A DNA stretch of 36,861 nucleotides, taken from positions 1 to 36,861 of the IMG/VR virus record IMGVR_UViG_3300021133_000014; one strand, 5' to 3'. The notes below the pieces were generated by a model. It made no database searches. It was not told where the DNA came from and was given only the letters and a program-made list of their open reading frames with translations. This stretch comes from a virus. Taxonomy: Duplodnaviria > Caudoviricetes. The position numbers and the translations under genes were made by a program. Numbering within the stretch: the stretch's first letter is position 1; each line of letters opens with the position of its first letter. Below, in pieces: positions 22,723 through 33,720 of the stretch.

Positions 22723-23199
22723 ATGACAGATTTTAGTCAACAAATAACAGATTTTATAAATTATGGTACGTACAACTATATATTCGACGTTGTAGGTAAC
22801 GAAATTTTAAATCCATCATCATCTGTATTTCAGCAGGTTTACTTCTCATTGCCATTAGGAAATTATAATTATAATAATTCTAAAGTATTGTCATTTTACG
22901 ATTCAACATTTACGGAGTTTATTCCAATTAAAGTCACCGGTTCTGTGGTCACATTTCCACAAGCGGCAATAGACCAAATAAATGAAATAACAAATCAAAA
23001 TAATCAATTACAAGGACAGCTACAGTCATTAATTTCTATCAGTGAAATGGATACTGGGTCGGCTGACATACAATCAATTAAAAATATAATTATAGGTCTT
23101 AGAATTCAATTGGGTCAAGGTTCGACGACGAATGACTTCTCAAATTCCTATCCGTACCTACCAATACCAATAGAATTACAATCATCACCATTAGGTTAA
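22723..23199 (+). CDS. hypothetical virion protein with short coiled coil
   Basis: Position in the structural operon. Confidence 0.65.
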   Translation: MTDFSQQITDFINYGTYNYIFDVVGNEILNPSSSVFQQVYFSLPLGNYNYNNSKVLSFYDSTFTEFIPIKVTGSVVTFPQAAIDQINEITNQNNQLQGQLQSLISISEMDTGSADIQSIKNIIIGLRIQLGQGSTTNDFSNSYPYLPIPIELQSSPLG

Positions 23200-23203
23200 A
23201 AAT

Positions 23204-26200
23204 ATGTCATTACCATACGCAGTATTAGGAGAATATACAGGAAGCATCCAATCAGGGTCATTTCTTAGTGAAGCTGATACGGCATTGTTTTATGTATCTC
23301 AGAGTTCTGATATATGGTTTGGCCTCTCCCCAAATGATGTAATAGAGGTTAGTGCGTTTTCTACCGTAGACCAGACTTTACAAAATTATGGTATTCTTTA
23401 TCAAGATAAAACATTTCAAACGGTTACTTTAACTTATTTGGATAATTTAAATACCCCAAACAGTTACTCATACAATCAATTAGTAAATCCATTTACCGTT
23501 TATAAAAATCAATCGATTTTATTACAACCCGCAGACGATTTAAGTAATATAGGAATTGTAGATGGGAATTATTCATTATCTTATAATTTTGTAAGAGAGA
23601 TGGCCGGTAATATTTCGTCGTCGCTTACAATTAAAGACATTTCAACATCCCGTACTGAAATTAAGTTGATACCTTCCAATGGAAGTGGCGATGTACAATA
23701 TAACTCGTTCTGTGTAAAGAAATTTCCTATACGTGACGTGGCTTCTGTGTTATTATCAATATACAAAAATATTCAATATGATACCATCTACAGAACTATG
23801 AGTTCATTAGACCGATATTCTACCGGAATATCTTTTCTAAAATTTGCATTCTTTTTACCTGATGACGGTTCGGTTGTAACATTCTTAAAAAATCTTTATG
23901 AAGATTATGTAAAATATACGTCGGTTATAAACAATAACCAACAGTCAATTATTACAAGGATTCAAGGAATAAAAACATATCAGACCAACTTTTTATTACA
24001 GAACTATGAACAAATTGCAGATTTTGATGGTATTAGAGATAAATATGTATCATTTGTAAATGCAAGATTGACCGAACGATTCAGTCAATTTGTAAATTCT
24101 AACGAACAGGGAAAATTGGAGGCTATACAATTTTGTTATGACTTCTTTGTTGGTTATTTTTATGATATAGCAGTATCTCCGTTAAAAAATAGTTATGAAA
24201 CTAAATATTTTGGGTATTTTAAAAACGTTTTAAATTTTGGAAATAATAAATATTTTTCAATATTAAATTCGGATTATATAGATGAAAGAATATCAGCATC
24301 AGACCCACTGACATTGGTTATAAAATTATCGGCGGAATTACCGTCTGATATATCCATCAAGGATTCTTGTTGGATTTCTAATTATGGTATGGTTCCGTAT
24401 GTATTTACTGCAATTCTTCAAAATCCAGTCAAATATCAGACCATAAAAATCTCATCTGCAAATTTTGGAGCTTCTCAGAATTTAATAAATGTAGAAAATT
24501 CAAATAAGACGTATTCCTCTAACGATTTATCGTACACTCCAACCACATCCGATTCAATTCAAATAAATAAAAATATGGTGGAATTGAACACGGATTATTC
24601 CGACTATTCAAATTTTATTGTATTTTCTTCCGTTAAAAGCCGACTTGATATTTTTAAGAAGAAAATTATCCAATGGACGGTGTTGAATGATTCTCTTGTA
24701 GAATTAAATAACAGATATAATTCATCATTATCATCATCCACACCATATCAATATTATTTTAAAGAACAGTCCACCATAACTACACAAATAAGTGACATAG
24801 TAAATTCATTTGATGGATATGATTCTTATCTTTTTAATAGTGGAAATTACAAATATTCAACAGCATCAGGCTCCTTTTATAATCCCAATTATGTTTATGA
24901 CGCCGATGTAGTAGCCTCCAATTATGATTCAACCAATAGAGATAGTCTACTGGCAAACGTTCCACAATATATTACGGACGATTCAAATAATATAGATTAT
25001 TTGACATTTTTGAATATGGCGGGACATCATTTTGATAATATCTACACATACATCTCTGCCATGCCAGTTGAGAGACAAGTTAAAAATGAATTAACATCCA
25101 GTGTTCCTATAAATACATTAAAAGAAATGTTGTATTCATTCGGTTGGAATGTTGATGATATTATAGGTTCGTTGGATATCGATGAAGTATATCTTAATAG
25201 TATGGATTCGGCATCCTATGATGCCTTATCAGGACAAGAAAGATTACAAACCATTTGGAACCGCATTCTTGTAAATTTGCCTGGAATTTATAAAACCAAA
25301 GGAACTTTAGAGTGTGTAAATTATTTAATGACGTGTTATGGTTTACCGTCCTCAATGATTACGGTTAGGGAATATGGTGGAACTGATTACTCGGATAATA
25401 CTACACCTACTTACACGTTAGATGAGAAGACTTATATGTTAAAATTCTCAGACGTAAACGATTACGTTGAAGGGCCTATACCATATTCCACACAAACAGT
25501 TGAATTGAAATTTTCAGTTAATACTGACGCGGATTATTCAGATTATAAATATATACCATTATTTACTAGTATTCCATACCCATATTCTAGCTCAGCGAAT
25601 TTCAATTGGACGGTTGGGTTTTATAAAGTTCCTGGACAATACACAGGAAAACTGATGGTTCAATTTGGTTCTGGTTCTACCGGAGCTTCAATTACCAGTA
25701 GTACATTACCTATATTCAATGGAGACATTTTCAGTGTGATGGTCAGACGTAATGATTCATTTTCACAATTCGAGCCTACTACCGGTTCAAATTTAGTCCC
25801 ATTAGAGTATGATTTAACCGTTCAAAGAAATGAAAATGGACGAAAAATTTTCTATTCGACGTCGAGTGTAATATTATACGAAACTGATAATTCCGTGTTT
25901 TCTCAGTGGGGTAGATTCAGACTATCCAATGGAAATTTTGAAGGTACTTTGGATAAATTATCTATATGGGACATAGCTCTGGATGATAAAGATTTTGAAG
26001 AACATGTCAACGACTTGAATTCGTATGGTTATAGCGGTTCGGCGGCATATCAAAATCTGTGGATAAGATTAAATTGGGATTATCCACAAAATATGAATGC
26101 AAATGGCGGTAAAGTGTGGGTCAATAATGAATCGGCATATTACAATATTCCAAACTATTATACCGACGCATCTCTGACGACAAAAAACCCGACATTATAT

Positions 26201-28087
26201 TCAGCATCTTTAAACATAATAAACAACCGTTGGTTGTCATATTATCCAACGGGGTCGGTGGATATTATAGCTTACAACTTCCCACAAGTAATAGGTAACG
26301 CATTCTCCGCATCGTGGGTTGGCGCCCCTACATGTCAGTGGATTTCTCAATCGGTATATCCATATCAATTTGATGAACTAACATATCAACAAGATATTGA
26401 TGCCTCGAAGTTTGGGCCAAATAAATATAAAAATAATAAAATTCGTAAAATAACTTACGATTTGGATTCTAGATTAGATGCATTTAACAGGTCTACCAAT
26501 GAACCTACAATCACAGTTTCAGGGGAATCTAATCAATTAGGATTTTTTATTGACCCACAAGATTCTAAAAATAAAGACATTTTAAGATACGTCGGCAATA
26601 ATGGTATAATGAATATGATTGGCGACCCATCCAATCTATATAGCGACCGATACTACGACCTGAGAAATAAAAATTCCGAATATAATTCCAATGGAAATAA
26701 GAAAACATATTTCAATGAATTATTGACAGTTTATAAATTTTATTTTGATAAATCAATTTTTCAAGCTATAAAGAATGTATTGCCTGCTAGGGCCAATTCT
26801 TATACGGGAGTGATAATAGAACCGACAGTTCTAGAAAGACCTAAATATCAAAATAGACCAATAACATCTAGTGTATGTGTATCATACCAAAATCCCGGCG
26901 TCATAAACAATATTTATAACTTCGATTCTGGTCTTTTATGGGCCAATTTTAATACGGATTTTTCATCGGTAAATACAGGTCAAAATTCAAGTTCCCTACA
27001 ATTATCAATGTTGAATTCGTTGCCACCAAATTATCAGAATACAATTGATATAAAATATATCGGAAACCCTGTTCGTAATTGGCCGGCAAATTTCAACGAC
27101 GGATATTATAATGATTGTATGGACAATATTCAGAGAGGATTTTATCCTGATTTTGAATTGTTGCCTAGATTATGGGAAACATCATCAACCGGTCCATTGC
27201 CACTCAACTATACAAAACCTATAATCGGGTCGGTGACATATAACAACGATGTTAATAGTGATGGTAGATTAGTAATAGGTCCAGACCACGGAGTAAATTA
27301 TCCAACGAAATTCTTTTCTGGGTCAAATAGAGGCAATCACCAAACCATTTACTACATGATGAAACTTTGGAACAAATATCATTATTACTCTAAAGCCGGA
27401 AACTATTGTCATTCGGAAAATCCATTAGACAATACACAGTCATCCGCCTCGGTTTATTTATATAAATATGTTATTATTGATGAACATTATATGAGAAATC
27501 TTGTATATTTTACAGATTTAGTTTATTTACCAATATACGATTCATCCAGTCTATCTTATACCTATGATGGCGTAGACAATTCATTTTTACATAAAGTAAA
27601 TACATTCTTGAATACTCCTGACCAAACGGTCAGTAATATCAGCACATCATATTCTAACCCTATTCCTATACCAGGATTGACTCCGATTAATTTGAATTTC
27701 TTAGACGACGGTCAATATTTTGAATTGGTTAAAAGTTATCCCAAAAATCACTATACTCACAAATCCCAACAATTTTCGAAATCCAAATTCGGAACATATA
27801 ATATGGGAATTTTTACAAAAGGTAAAAATACGATGTCCACGACAGTAAACTCAGACGGTATTAATGACGGAACGAGTCCGGTAACACAATTGAATACCAG
27901 TAACATAAAAATTATAAATACGTCGCCTGTGATTCAAAATATACCATCGCCAACTAGCGGTCAAGTCACTAACAGTAGTTCTACTGTTAAATCGCCGACA
28001 GTCACGACTATACAAAATAGCATAAATCAGTCACAAATACTTTTAAATCAAATAAAATCAAGTAATATAAGTAAAGTTAAAAAGTAA
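23204..28087 (+). CDS. large baseplate/tail structural protein (1627 aa) with LamG-like region
   Basis: GHHFDNIYTYI and NLPGIYKTKGT (baseplate wedge-like); FEGTLDKLSIWDIAL (LamG-like). Confidence 0.6.
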   Translation: MSLPYAVLGEYTGSIQSGSFLSEADTALFYVSQSSDIWFGLSPNDVIEVSAFSTVDQTLQNYGILYQDKTFQTVTLTYLDNLNTPNSYSYNQLVNPFTVYKNQSILLQPADDLSNIGIVDGNYSLSYNFVREMAGNISSSLTIKDISTSRTEIKLIPSNGSGDVQYNSFCVKKFPIRDVASVLLSIYKNIQYDTIYRTMSSLDRYSTGISFLKFAFFLPDDGSVVTFLKNLYEDYVKYTSVINNNQQSIITRIQGIKTYQTNFLLQNYEQIADFDGIRDKYVSFVNARLTERFSQFVNSNEQGKLEAIQFCYDFFVGYFYDIAVSPLKNSYETKYFGYFKNVLNFGNNKYFSILNSDYIDERISASDPLTLVIKLSAELPSDISIKDSCWISNYGMVPYVFTAILQNPVKYQTIKISSANFGASQNLINVENSNKTYSSNDLSYTPTTSDSIQINKNMVELNTDYSDYSNFIVFSSVKSRLDIFKKKIIQWTVLNDSLVELNNRYNSSLSSSTPYQYYFKEQSTITTQISDIVNSFDGYDSYLFNSGNYKYSTASGSFYNPNYVYDADVVASNYDSTNRDSLLANVPQYITDDSNNIDYLTFLNMAGHHFDNIYTYISAMPVERQVKNELTSSVPINTLKEMLYSFGWNVDDIIGSLDIDEVYLNSMDSASYDALSGQERLQTIWNRILVNLPGIYKTKGTLECVNYLMTCYGLPSSMITVREYGGTDYSDNTTPTYTLDEKTYMLKFSDVNDYVEGPIPYSTQTVELKFSVNTDADYSDYKYIPLFTSIPYPYSSSANFNWTVGFYKVPGQYTGKLMVQFGSGSTGASITSSTLPIFNGDIFSVMVRRNDSFSQFEPTTGSNLVPLEYDLTVQRNENGRKIFYSTSSVILYETDNSVFSQWGRFRLSNGNFEGTLDKLSIWDIALDDKDFEEHVNDLNSYGYSGSAAYQNLWIRLNWDYPQNMNANGGKVWVNNESAYYNIPNYYTDASLTTKNPTLYSASLNIINNRWLSYYPTGSVDIIAYNFPQVIGNAFSASWVGAPTCQWISQSVYPYQFDELTYQQDIDASKFGPNKYKNNKIRKITYDLDSRLDAFNRSTNEPTITVSGESNQLGFFIDPQDSKNKDILRYVGNNGIMNMIGDPSNLYSDRYYDLRNKNSEYNSNGNKKTYFNELLTVYKFYFDKSIFQAIKNVLPARANSYTGVIIEPTVLERPKYQNRPITSSVCVSYQNPGVINNIYNFDSGLLWANFNTDFSSVNTGQNSSSLQLSMLNSLPPNYQNTIDIKYIGNPVRNWPANFNDGYYNDCMDNIQRGFYPDFELLPRLWETSSTGPLPLNYTKPIIGSVTYNNDVNSDGRLVIGPDHGVNYPTKFFSGSNRGNHQTIYYMMKLWNKYHYYSKAGNYCHSENPLDNTQSSASVYLYKYVIIDEHYMRNLVYFTDLVYLPIYDSSSLSYTYDGVDNSFLHKVNTFLNTPDQTVSNISTSYSNPIPIPGLTPINLNFLDDGQYFELVKSYPKNHYTHKSQQFSKSKFGTYNMGIFTKGKNTMSTTVNSDGINDGTSPVTQLNTSNIKIINTSPVIQNIPSPTSGQVTNSSSTVKSPTVTTIQNSINQSQILLNQIKSSNISKVKK

Positions 28088-28142
28088 AAAACATAGGAAA
28101 AACATATTTATAGGAATACTTATACAGAAGAGAGATACTCAT

Positions 28143-28784
28143 ATGGCATATATAGACAATCAAACAATTACAGTGGACGCGATTCTCACCAAAAAGGGAC
28201 GTGAACTTTTGGCTCAGAATGGAAATCTTAACATCACATCATTCTCAGTAGCCGATGATGAAATCGATTATACGCTTTATCAACCAAATCATCCAAATGG
28301 TAGCGCATTCTATGACATTGCCATAAGAAATACGCCTGTATTTGAGCCGGTGTCCGACGAAACTCAGGTGATGAAATATAAATTAGTCAGTCTGAATCAA
28401 GGAGTTACCTCGATTCCTGTCATTAGCATCGCACAAGATAAAATTTCAGTACCAAGTAATTATACTGGAGATATTATCATAGCGCCGTCGACTAATCCAG
28501 CATATAATCTAACATTGGGTTATACGGCGATTCTTGGTAATAAAAATGTTGGAGTATTAATCGTAGACCAAGCGAATTCGATAAACTCAGTTTCTAGTAC
28601 AATTCCAACATTCGCCGGTGATATAAACACAACAAGCGCACAAGTCGTCGTAGGTCAGAAATTCCGATTTCTCCCAAATAGCAGTTTAGGTAAGACTACC
28701 TCGACTTCACTTACAATCGTCGGTAACGAATCCGGCGGCAGTTTAAGTATCGAAGTGACTGTGACGGTTCCAACAACTGCATAA
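28143..28784 (+). CDS. virion structural protein
   Basis: VDAILTKKGRELLA...ITSFSVADDEIDY N-terminus, typical of phage baseplate/fibre-attachment proteins. Confidence 0.6.
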   Translation: MAYIDNQTITVDAILTKKGRELLAQNGNLNITSFSVADDEIDYTLYQPNHPNGSAFYDIAIRNTPVFEPVSDETQVMKYKLVSLNQGVTSIPVISIAQDKISVPSNYTGDIIIAPSTNPAYNLTLGYTAILGNKNVGVLIVDQANSINSVSSTIPTFAGDINTTSAQVVVGQKFRFLPNSSLGKTTSTSLTIVGNESGGSLSIEVTVTVPTTA

Positions 28785-28797
28785 TAAGGTATAACAT

Positions 28798-29988
28798 ATG
28801 ATATTTAATCAATTCGACCCTACGGATATAGTGTCAGGCAGAACCAGTCGCATAGCGAGTGGATTCTGGCCAAATGGAGTTACGTTTGCAAGTCAAAGTA
28901 AATTTCTAGACAATTTTTATGAATTAACACAATCATCTATAACTCCATCACCGTCTTATGGAGCGTCTATCTATGATGTCCGTAGAACTATGTATTATGT
29001 TGATGTCTTTCCTGATTCTACTACTCACACTAATAACGACCCATATTTTTCAGTAGCATATGGAAATTTTTATGGAGATTCTGGTAGTGGTTCATTTGAT
29101 TTGGATACCGGAAGTATATTAGCATTCTCTCCAAAGGCGATATATACCCAATACCAAAATATGTTAATAGGAGGAACGGATGCATCGGGAATATTTCAAT
29201 TTGCGTCAGGCAGTTCTACAAATCCACAAGGAATAGCGGGAACTGATATTTTCATTATTAACTTTTCATCATATAAAATGAAAGATAAAGTGGACGAAGG
29301 TATTTTTGAAATTACTTTATCCGGGTCTAAGGGGTCTTTGACGGTTAGAGACGATTCTCCATTTCTTTCTCAGACGTCTACTGTATACAATTTGATTTCT
29401 GGTTCTATTAATGATGCTACGACTACTTTACCACCATACCAAGGTATAGGATTGTTGTATCCAAATGATGGCATCGCCATATTTAACGCACAGGTAGTAG
29501 ACTGGTTAATTGGATTAAGTAGTGGTATGTCAGGTTCCGTTGTAGCCAATACGTCAATACCACCATGTCCGGCAAATTATAGTACAGCTAGTATTTCCGG
29601 CATCGCTATTCCAGGACAATCTACGTTAACACCGACGACTGTGAATCATAAGGTATTTAATTTCGCCATTCAAAACGCGGTCAATAGTACATTCAAAGTA
29701 CGTAAAAGTGAATATGTCCCATCCCAACATTACTTTGTGAGAGTAAAAAACCGAGATTTTAATTATTCCAATAATCCAACGTATGTATATGACGGAACCG
29801 ACGGAAATCCAAATCATACAAAAGGTACAATTTATAATCAAGATTTTATTACAAATCCGACCACATACATTACCACTGTAGGTTTGTATAATGACAATAA
29901 TGAATTGATTGCCGTTGCCAAATTAAGTAGACCAGCATTAAAAACATTTGATAATGAGCTTCTTATTAAGGTGAGATTGGATTTCTAA
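28798..29988 (+). CDS. virion structural protein
   Basis: C-terminal YITTVGLYNDNNELIAVAKLSRP...VRLDF domain. Confidence 0.65.
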   Translation: MIFNQFDPTDIVSGRTSRIASGFWPNGVTFASQSKFLDNFYELTQSSITPSPSYGASIYDVRRTMYYVDVFPDSTTHTNNDPYFSVAYGNFYGDSGSGSFDLDTGSILAFSPKAIYTQYQNMLIGGTDASGIFQFASGSSTNPQGIAGTDIFIINFSSYKMKDKVDEGIFEITLSGSKGSLTVRDDSPFLSQTSTVYNLISGSINDATTTLPPYQGIGLLYPNDGIAIFNAQVVDWLIGLSSGMSGSVVANTSIPPCPANYSTASISGIAIPGQSTLTPTTVNHKVFNFAIQNAVNSTFKVRKSEYVPSQHYFVRVKNRDFNYSNNPTYVYDGTDGNPNHTKGTIYNQDFITNPTTYITTVGLYNDNNELIAVAKLSRPALKTFDNELLIKVRLDF

Positions 29989-30005
29989 TAAAATGAAATT
30001 CTATC

Positions 30006-30665
30006 ATGATAAAATCACTGAAACGAAATCAAATACTTCTAACCCCATTTGTAGCGACTAAACAGTGGAATATAAGTAATACGAGTAATGAGAGTCTCAT
30101 TATACTTGAATCCACAGGCTCTAATGATGGGTTGCCTGTGGCCTTGACGTTCATAGATTACACAGAATCATCATCATACGTAAATTCAAATTGTGATATA
30201 GCATTGGAACAACAAGATAGCGATGTGATAGACTCGGTATCTGGATTAAAAGTCGTAGGAATATTTTATCCTGATACAGAGCCTCAAAATTTCGATGGGA
30301 CTTACAAACGGTCAATTTACGCTCAAGTAAAGACTATGTTTTATAATAGTTATGTGGACCCTACTAAAATTTGGGGTATTGAAAATATAGATTTTGAATT
30401 GTCAAAAACAAAAAGACATCTATCGGACCAGTTCCAACTTATTAATATACCAAGGAATGTATTTGGAGATGTAATTAATAAAAATACGGTGGTAATGTAT
30501 GATACTACACAAGATAATGATTATGTTATAACCGATGATGGGTCTGGGAATCTATTAGCAGGAACTAATTTGTTTTCACGACAACAAGAAATCGGCGAAT
30601 CTAAAAATTATTTTGTAACAGGTAGTTCTAGTTATTGTAATTCTTACGTTTCATCTAGTTTTTAA
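30006..30665 (+). CDS. virion structural protein
   Basis: INIPRNVFGDVI...ITDDGSGNL; operon context. Confidence 0.6.
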   Translation: MIKSLKRNQILLTPFVATKQWNISNTSNESLIILESTGSNDGLPVALTFIDYTESSSYVNSNCDIALEQQDSDVIDSVSGLKVVGIFYPDTEPQNFDGTYKRSIYAQVKTMFYNSYVDPTKIWGIENIDFELSKTKRHLSDQFQLINIPRNVFGDVINKNTVVMYDTTQDNDYVITDDGSGNLLAGTNLFSRQQEIGESKNYFVTGSSSYCNSYVSSSF

Positions 30666-30696
30666 TTACATAATATAATTTTCTACTTATACGAAT

Positions 30697-33369
30697 ATGA
30701 TTGCAAAAATATCTAATCAAAATTTCGGCTGGTCTGTTGCCTGTGACGGTAATTGGGCCGCCGTAGGCAATCCAAATCCATTTAGATTTAATGTATTATC
30801 AGCCAGTTGTATTAGAACCGGTTCGGTAGAAGTTTATAAATATAACATCAATGAAGATGCACATGATGTTAAATCTATAATATATAGACCTAGAACATCA
30901 ACTATGTTGATATCAACCGAATTCAAAAATTCCGGCGCAACGGGACCAGATAATTATTTACATACAGAATACACGGGTTCTATACCGTATACCGCAGATA
31001 GAGATTTATCAATCGAATTAGGTGGTAATTATTTTACACCGGTGGAAGATGGGTATGGAGTGGCTGTAGATATTAAAGATACACTACTAGCAGTAGGCAA
31101 CCCATATAATACCGATAATTTGAACGTTGGTATGTCATCGACATATTATTCCGGTTCTGGTTATGTAGATTTATACGATTTATCTATATTAAATATCGAC
31201 CCATATGCAACTAGAGTTTCTCCTACTATAATCGGGTCCAGTTCTATAGGCGGTTACATTTATGTATTAACTAATGTTCCGGCATTACAAAATTTTACAT
31301 ATGTAATTTTACAAAGTATGGATTCAACTCCAAATGCACCTTGGGTCAATGTATCAATACAATCGACGTCTAATAATGGCGGAATAGTAAATTTACAAAC
31401 GCATTATACTCCAACTCAATATGCAGCTTTATCATCTAGAGTAATAGGTGTGATTGGAACGGACCCATACATCGCAACTATAAATAATCCAAATATTAAC
31501 GTATCACAATCATTCGGATATTCACTTTCTATAAATAACGAGTGGCTAGCCGTTGGTTCTCCACTGGAATCTGGAAGTAGGGGGTCGGTTTTCATGTTTA
31601 GAAAACAAAATAATGATAATACCAATTGGTCATTTATTCAAACGTTGCCATTACCTACTGAAATAACAATCGGAGATAATTTCGGTTCTGATGTAGAGAT
31701 GAATAAAGCGTCATCGTCATTTAGTTGGAGTATGGTAGTTGGTAGTTCTAAACCGAATAATTCTAGGGCATATGTCTACGAATTTAACGGAACACACTGG
31801 ACTAATACATTCAAACTACATCCGGATAGCAGTTCCATATATCCTTTGCCATTTTATCCAGTTACGCCTATCGTTTATAATTATCCTAATACCGCCGATT
31901 CATTTGGTCATTCAGTTTCTATGTTCGGTAATAGTGTTATGGTCGGCGCACCAACGGATAGAATCGTATATGAATATTCCGGCTCGTCAATGTATAAACA
32001 AGGAGCGGTGTATTTTTTTGAACGATGTGTTAATCAAAATTATGGATATTATTTAGCTAGAAAATCATATGGCAATGAAAACATAATGGAAGATAATTTA
32101 TTAGGTCAATCAGTCAGCATTTTCAATAATTATGCAATTGCGGGAGTTCCTAAAACGAACGCATTATCAACTTCTATTTGTTATTTACGAGGGTCTTTAT
32201 CTCAAGAACATTACTGTGCGGAGTTTGACTCTCCGGCATTATGTGGACAATTCGTTCTATATAATAAATCGACAGGTTCAATACCGGATACTACCAATAT
32301 AGATTGGGATGTGACAAATGTATATCAAGTTAAAAAACGATTTTTATCTCCACATAGAACGTATGGATGGGATTGTTGTATATCAAGTCAATTTATTATA
32401 ATAGGTTCTCCGATGTTGATATCGGGGTCAGTCGTTGATATGGATATTAATCCTGAATATTCTACAGGAAGTATAGGCGATTTAAATGGTAAATCGTATA
32501 TTTATAATCTTGGAAATCTAAGAGAAAATCTTTACGTAGGAAATGTATTCTATCGTAACGGTAAAATTGTAATTATGACTTCCGGTTCTAATTTCGATGG
32601 ATTACAATTGAATGAAACATCATCAGGAGAGTATAAATATGATATTAATTTCACCTCGGCGCAGACTATTCTAGAAAAACAAATTATATGTCCTATAGAA
32701 CCAGGGGAATTTAACGTTAGTACAAATCCGTCGTCGATTGTATTACCCAATGCTAATTTTGATATTAATAATAATGGTAAATTTGATTTCCAAGACGCAG
32801 ATGTATTATTACGATACATGGCTTATAAAAGTACGGAACCATCAGGAAAACCAAATACCGATTGGACATCATCTATAATTGATACAACGACAGATGAAGA
32901 AACGTCGGTATATAATATGTATTCCTCATCTTGGACTGGAACGGATTCACTATTCTCTTCCAGTTATTCTGATATAAATAATACAATGTATGGTAATCTG
33001 GATTTCAACGGTGACAATAAAATTAATACGAATGATATGAATATTTTATGGAAATATTTTATTTATAGACTTACTCAACAGAATTACATGTCGTATATAA
33101 CTCCTAGCTCTAATAAGAAGTATTTGAGTGATATCATAGATTATATGAATTCTCAGACCCTCCGTGGACGTCCGCCTATGATTAATCAAAATTTTCTTGA
33201 TTACTCTACACTTACTAAACAAGACCCGACAGGCTCATATCTGGCGCCTACGGCAACCTCAATAGGCCTTTATAGTGGATTAGATTTAGTGGCAATTGCA
33301 AAATTGGGGTCGCCTATAAAGATTACACCCGACTTTCCAATTAATTTCGTGGTGAAAATGGATTTCTAA
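30697..33369 (+). CDS. virion protein with FG-GAP-type beta-propeller repeats and paired dockerin/EF-hand-like loops
   Basis: FGWSVA, FGYSLS...AVGSP, FGHSVS...VGAP; DINNNGKFDFQD and DFNGDNKINTND; C-terminal domain shared with 28798..29988. Confidence 0.7.
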   Translation: MIAKISNQNFGWSVACDGNWAAVGNPNPFRFNVLSASCIRTGSVEVYKYNINEDAHDVKSIIYRPRTSTMLISTEFKNSGATGPDNYLHTEYTGSIPYTADRDLSIELGGNYFTPVEDGYGVAVDIKDTLLAVGNPYNTDNLNVGMSSTYYSGSGYVDLYDLSILNIDPYATRVSPTIIGSSSIGGYIYVLTNVPALQNFTYVILQSMDSTPNAPWVNVSIQSTSNNGGIVNLQTHYTPTQYAALSSRVIGVIGTDPYIATINNPNINVSQSFGYSLSINNEWLAVGSPLESGSRGSVFMFRKQNNDNTNWSFIQTLPLPTEITIGDNFGSDVEMNKASSSFSWSMVVGSSKPNNSRAYVYEFNGTHWTNTFKLHPDSSSIYPLPFYPVTPIVYNYPNTADSFGHSVSMFGNSVMVGAPTDRIVYEYSGSSMYKQGAVYFFERCVNQNYGYYLARKSYGNENIMEDNLLGQSVSIFNNYAIAGVPKTNALSTSICYLRGSLSQEHYCAEFDSPALCGQFVLYNKSTGSIPDTTNIDWDVTNVYQVKKRFLSPHRTYGWDCCISSQFIIIGSPMLISGSVVDMDINPEYSTGSIGDLNGKSYIYNLGNLRENLYVGNVFYRNGKIVIMTSGSNFDGLQLNETSSGEYKYDINFTSAQTILEKQIICPIEPGEFNVSTNPSSIVLPNANFDINNNGKFDFQDADVLLRYMAYKSTEPSGKPNTDWTSSIIDTTTDEETSVYNMYSSSWTGTDSLFSSSYSDINNTMYGNLDFNGDNKINTNDMNILWKYFIYRLTQQNYMSYITPSSNKKYLSDIIDYMNSQTLRGRPPMINQNFLDYSTLTKQDPTGSYLAPTATSIGLYSGLDLVAIAKLGSPIKITPDFPINFVVKMDF

Positions 33370-33399
33370 CTATATTTATAATTAAAGGAATAACACATT

Positions 33400-33663
33400 A
33401 TGCCAACACCAATTCAAAGACCGTCAATAACAACCGACCTAGCATCCAGATACGAGACTCAAAAAGTCGGTGGCGCATTCGACGCACGCAATATCATAGA
33501 AAAGGGTGTTGATTCAATCGCCGCAAGTTATCAGGGAGCCACATTTCAGACCGCAAATGGATTCTCAACAGAAGCCCAACAAGGTCAATCTGATTTTAAA
33601 AATGACGGTCTTGGGTTGTCGTCATACGTTAAAGGATTAGATACAAGACCTTATAAAAAGTAA
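33400..33663 (+). CDS. hypothetical protein
   Basis: TATTTAT motif and AAGGA upstream. Confidence 0.7.
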   Translation: MPTPIQRPSITTDLASRYETQKVGGAFDARNIIEKGVDSIAASYQGATFQTANGFSTEAQQGQSDFKNDGLGLSSYVKGLDTRPYKK

Positions 33664-33673
33664 TTAAACTTAT

Positions 33674-33719
33674 AAAAGACTTCTTATGGACTATGTATAA
33701 TTGTCGTAAGGAGTTTTTT
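33674..33719 (+). promoter_or_regulatory. hairpin sequestering the ruvC Shine-Dalgarno, with a promoter-like box in its loop
   Basis: AAAAGACTTCTTATGGAC pairs with GTCGTAAGGAGTTTTTT; loop TATGTATAATT. Confidence 0.6.
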
Positions 33720-33720
33720 T

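Noticed and set aside
15795-33369. Introns, inteins or diversity-generating retroelement repeats in the structural module
   Set aside because: No reverse transcriptase, intein splice motifs or near-identical nucleotide repeat pairs were seen by eye; a self dot-plot would be needed to exclude them fully.
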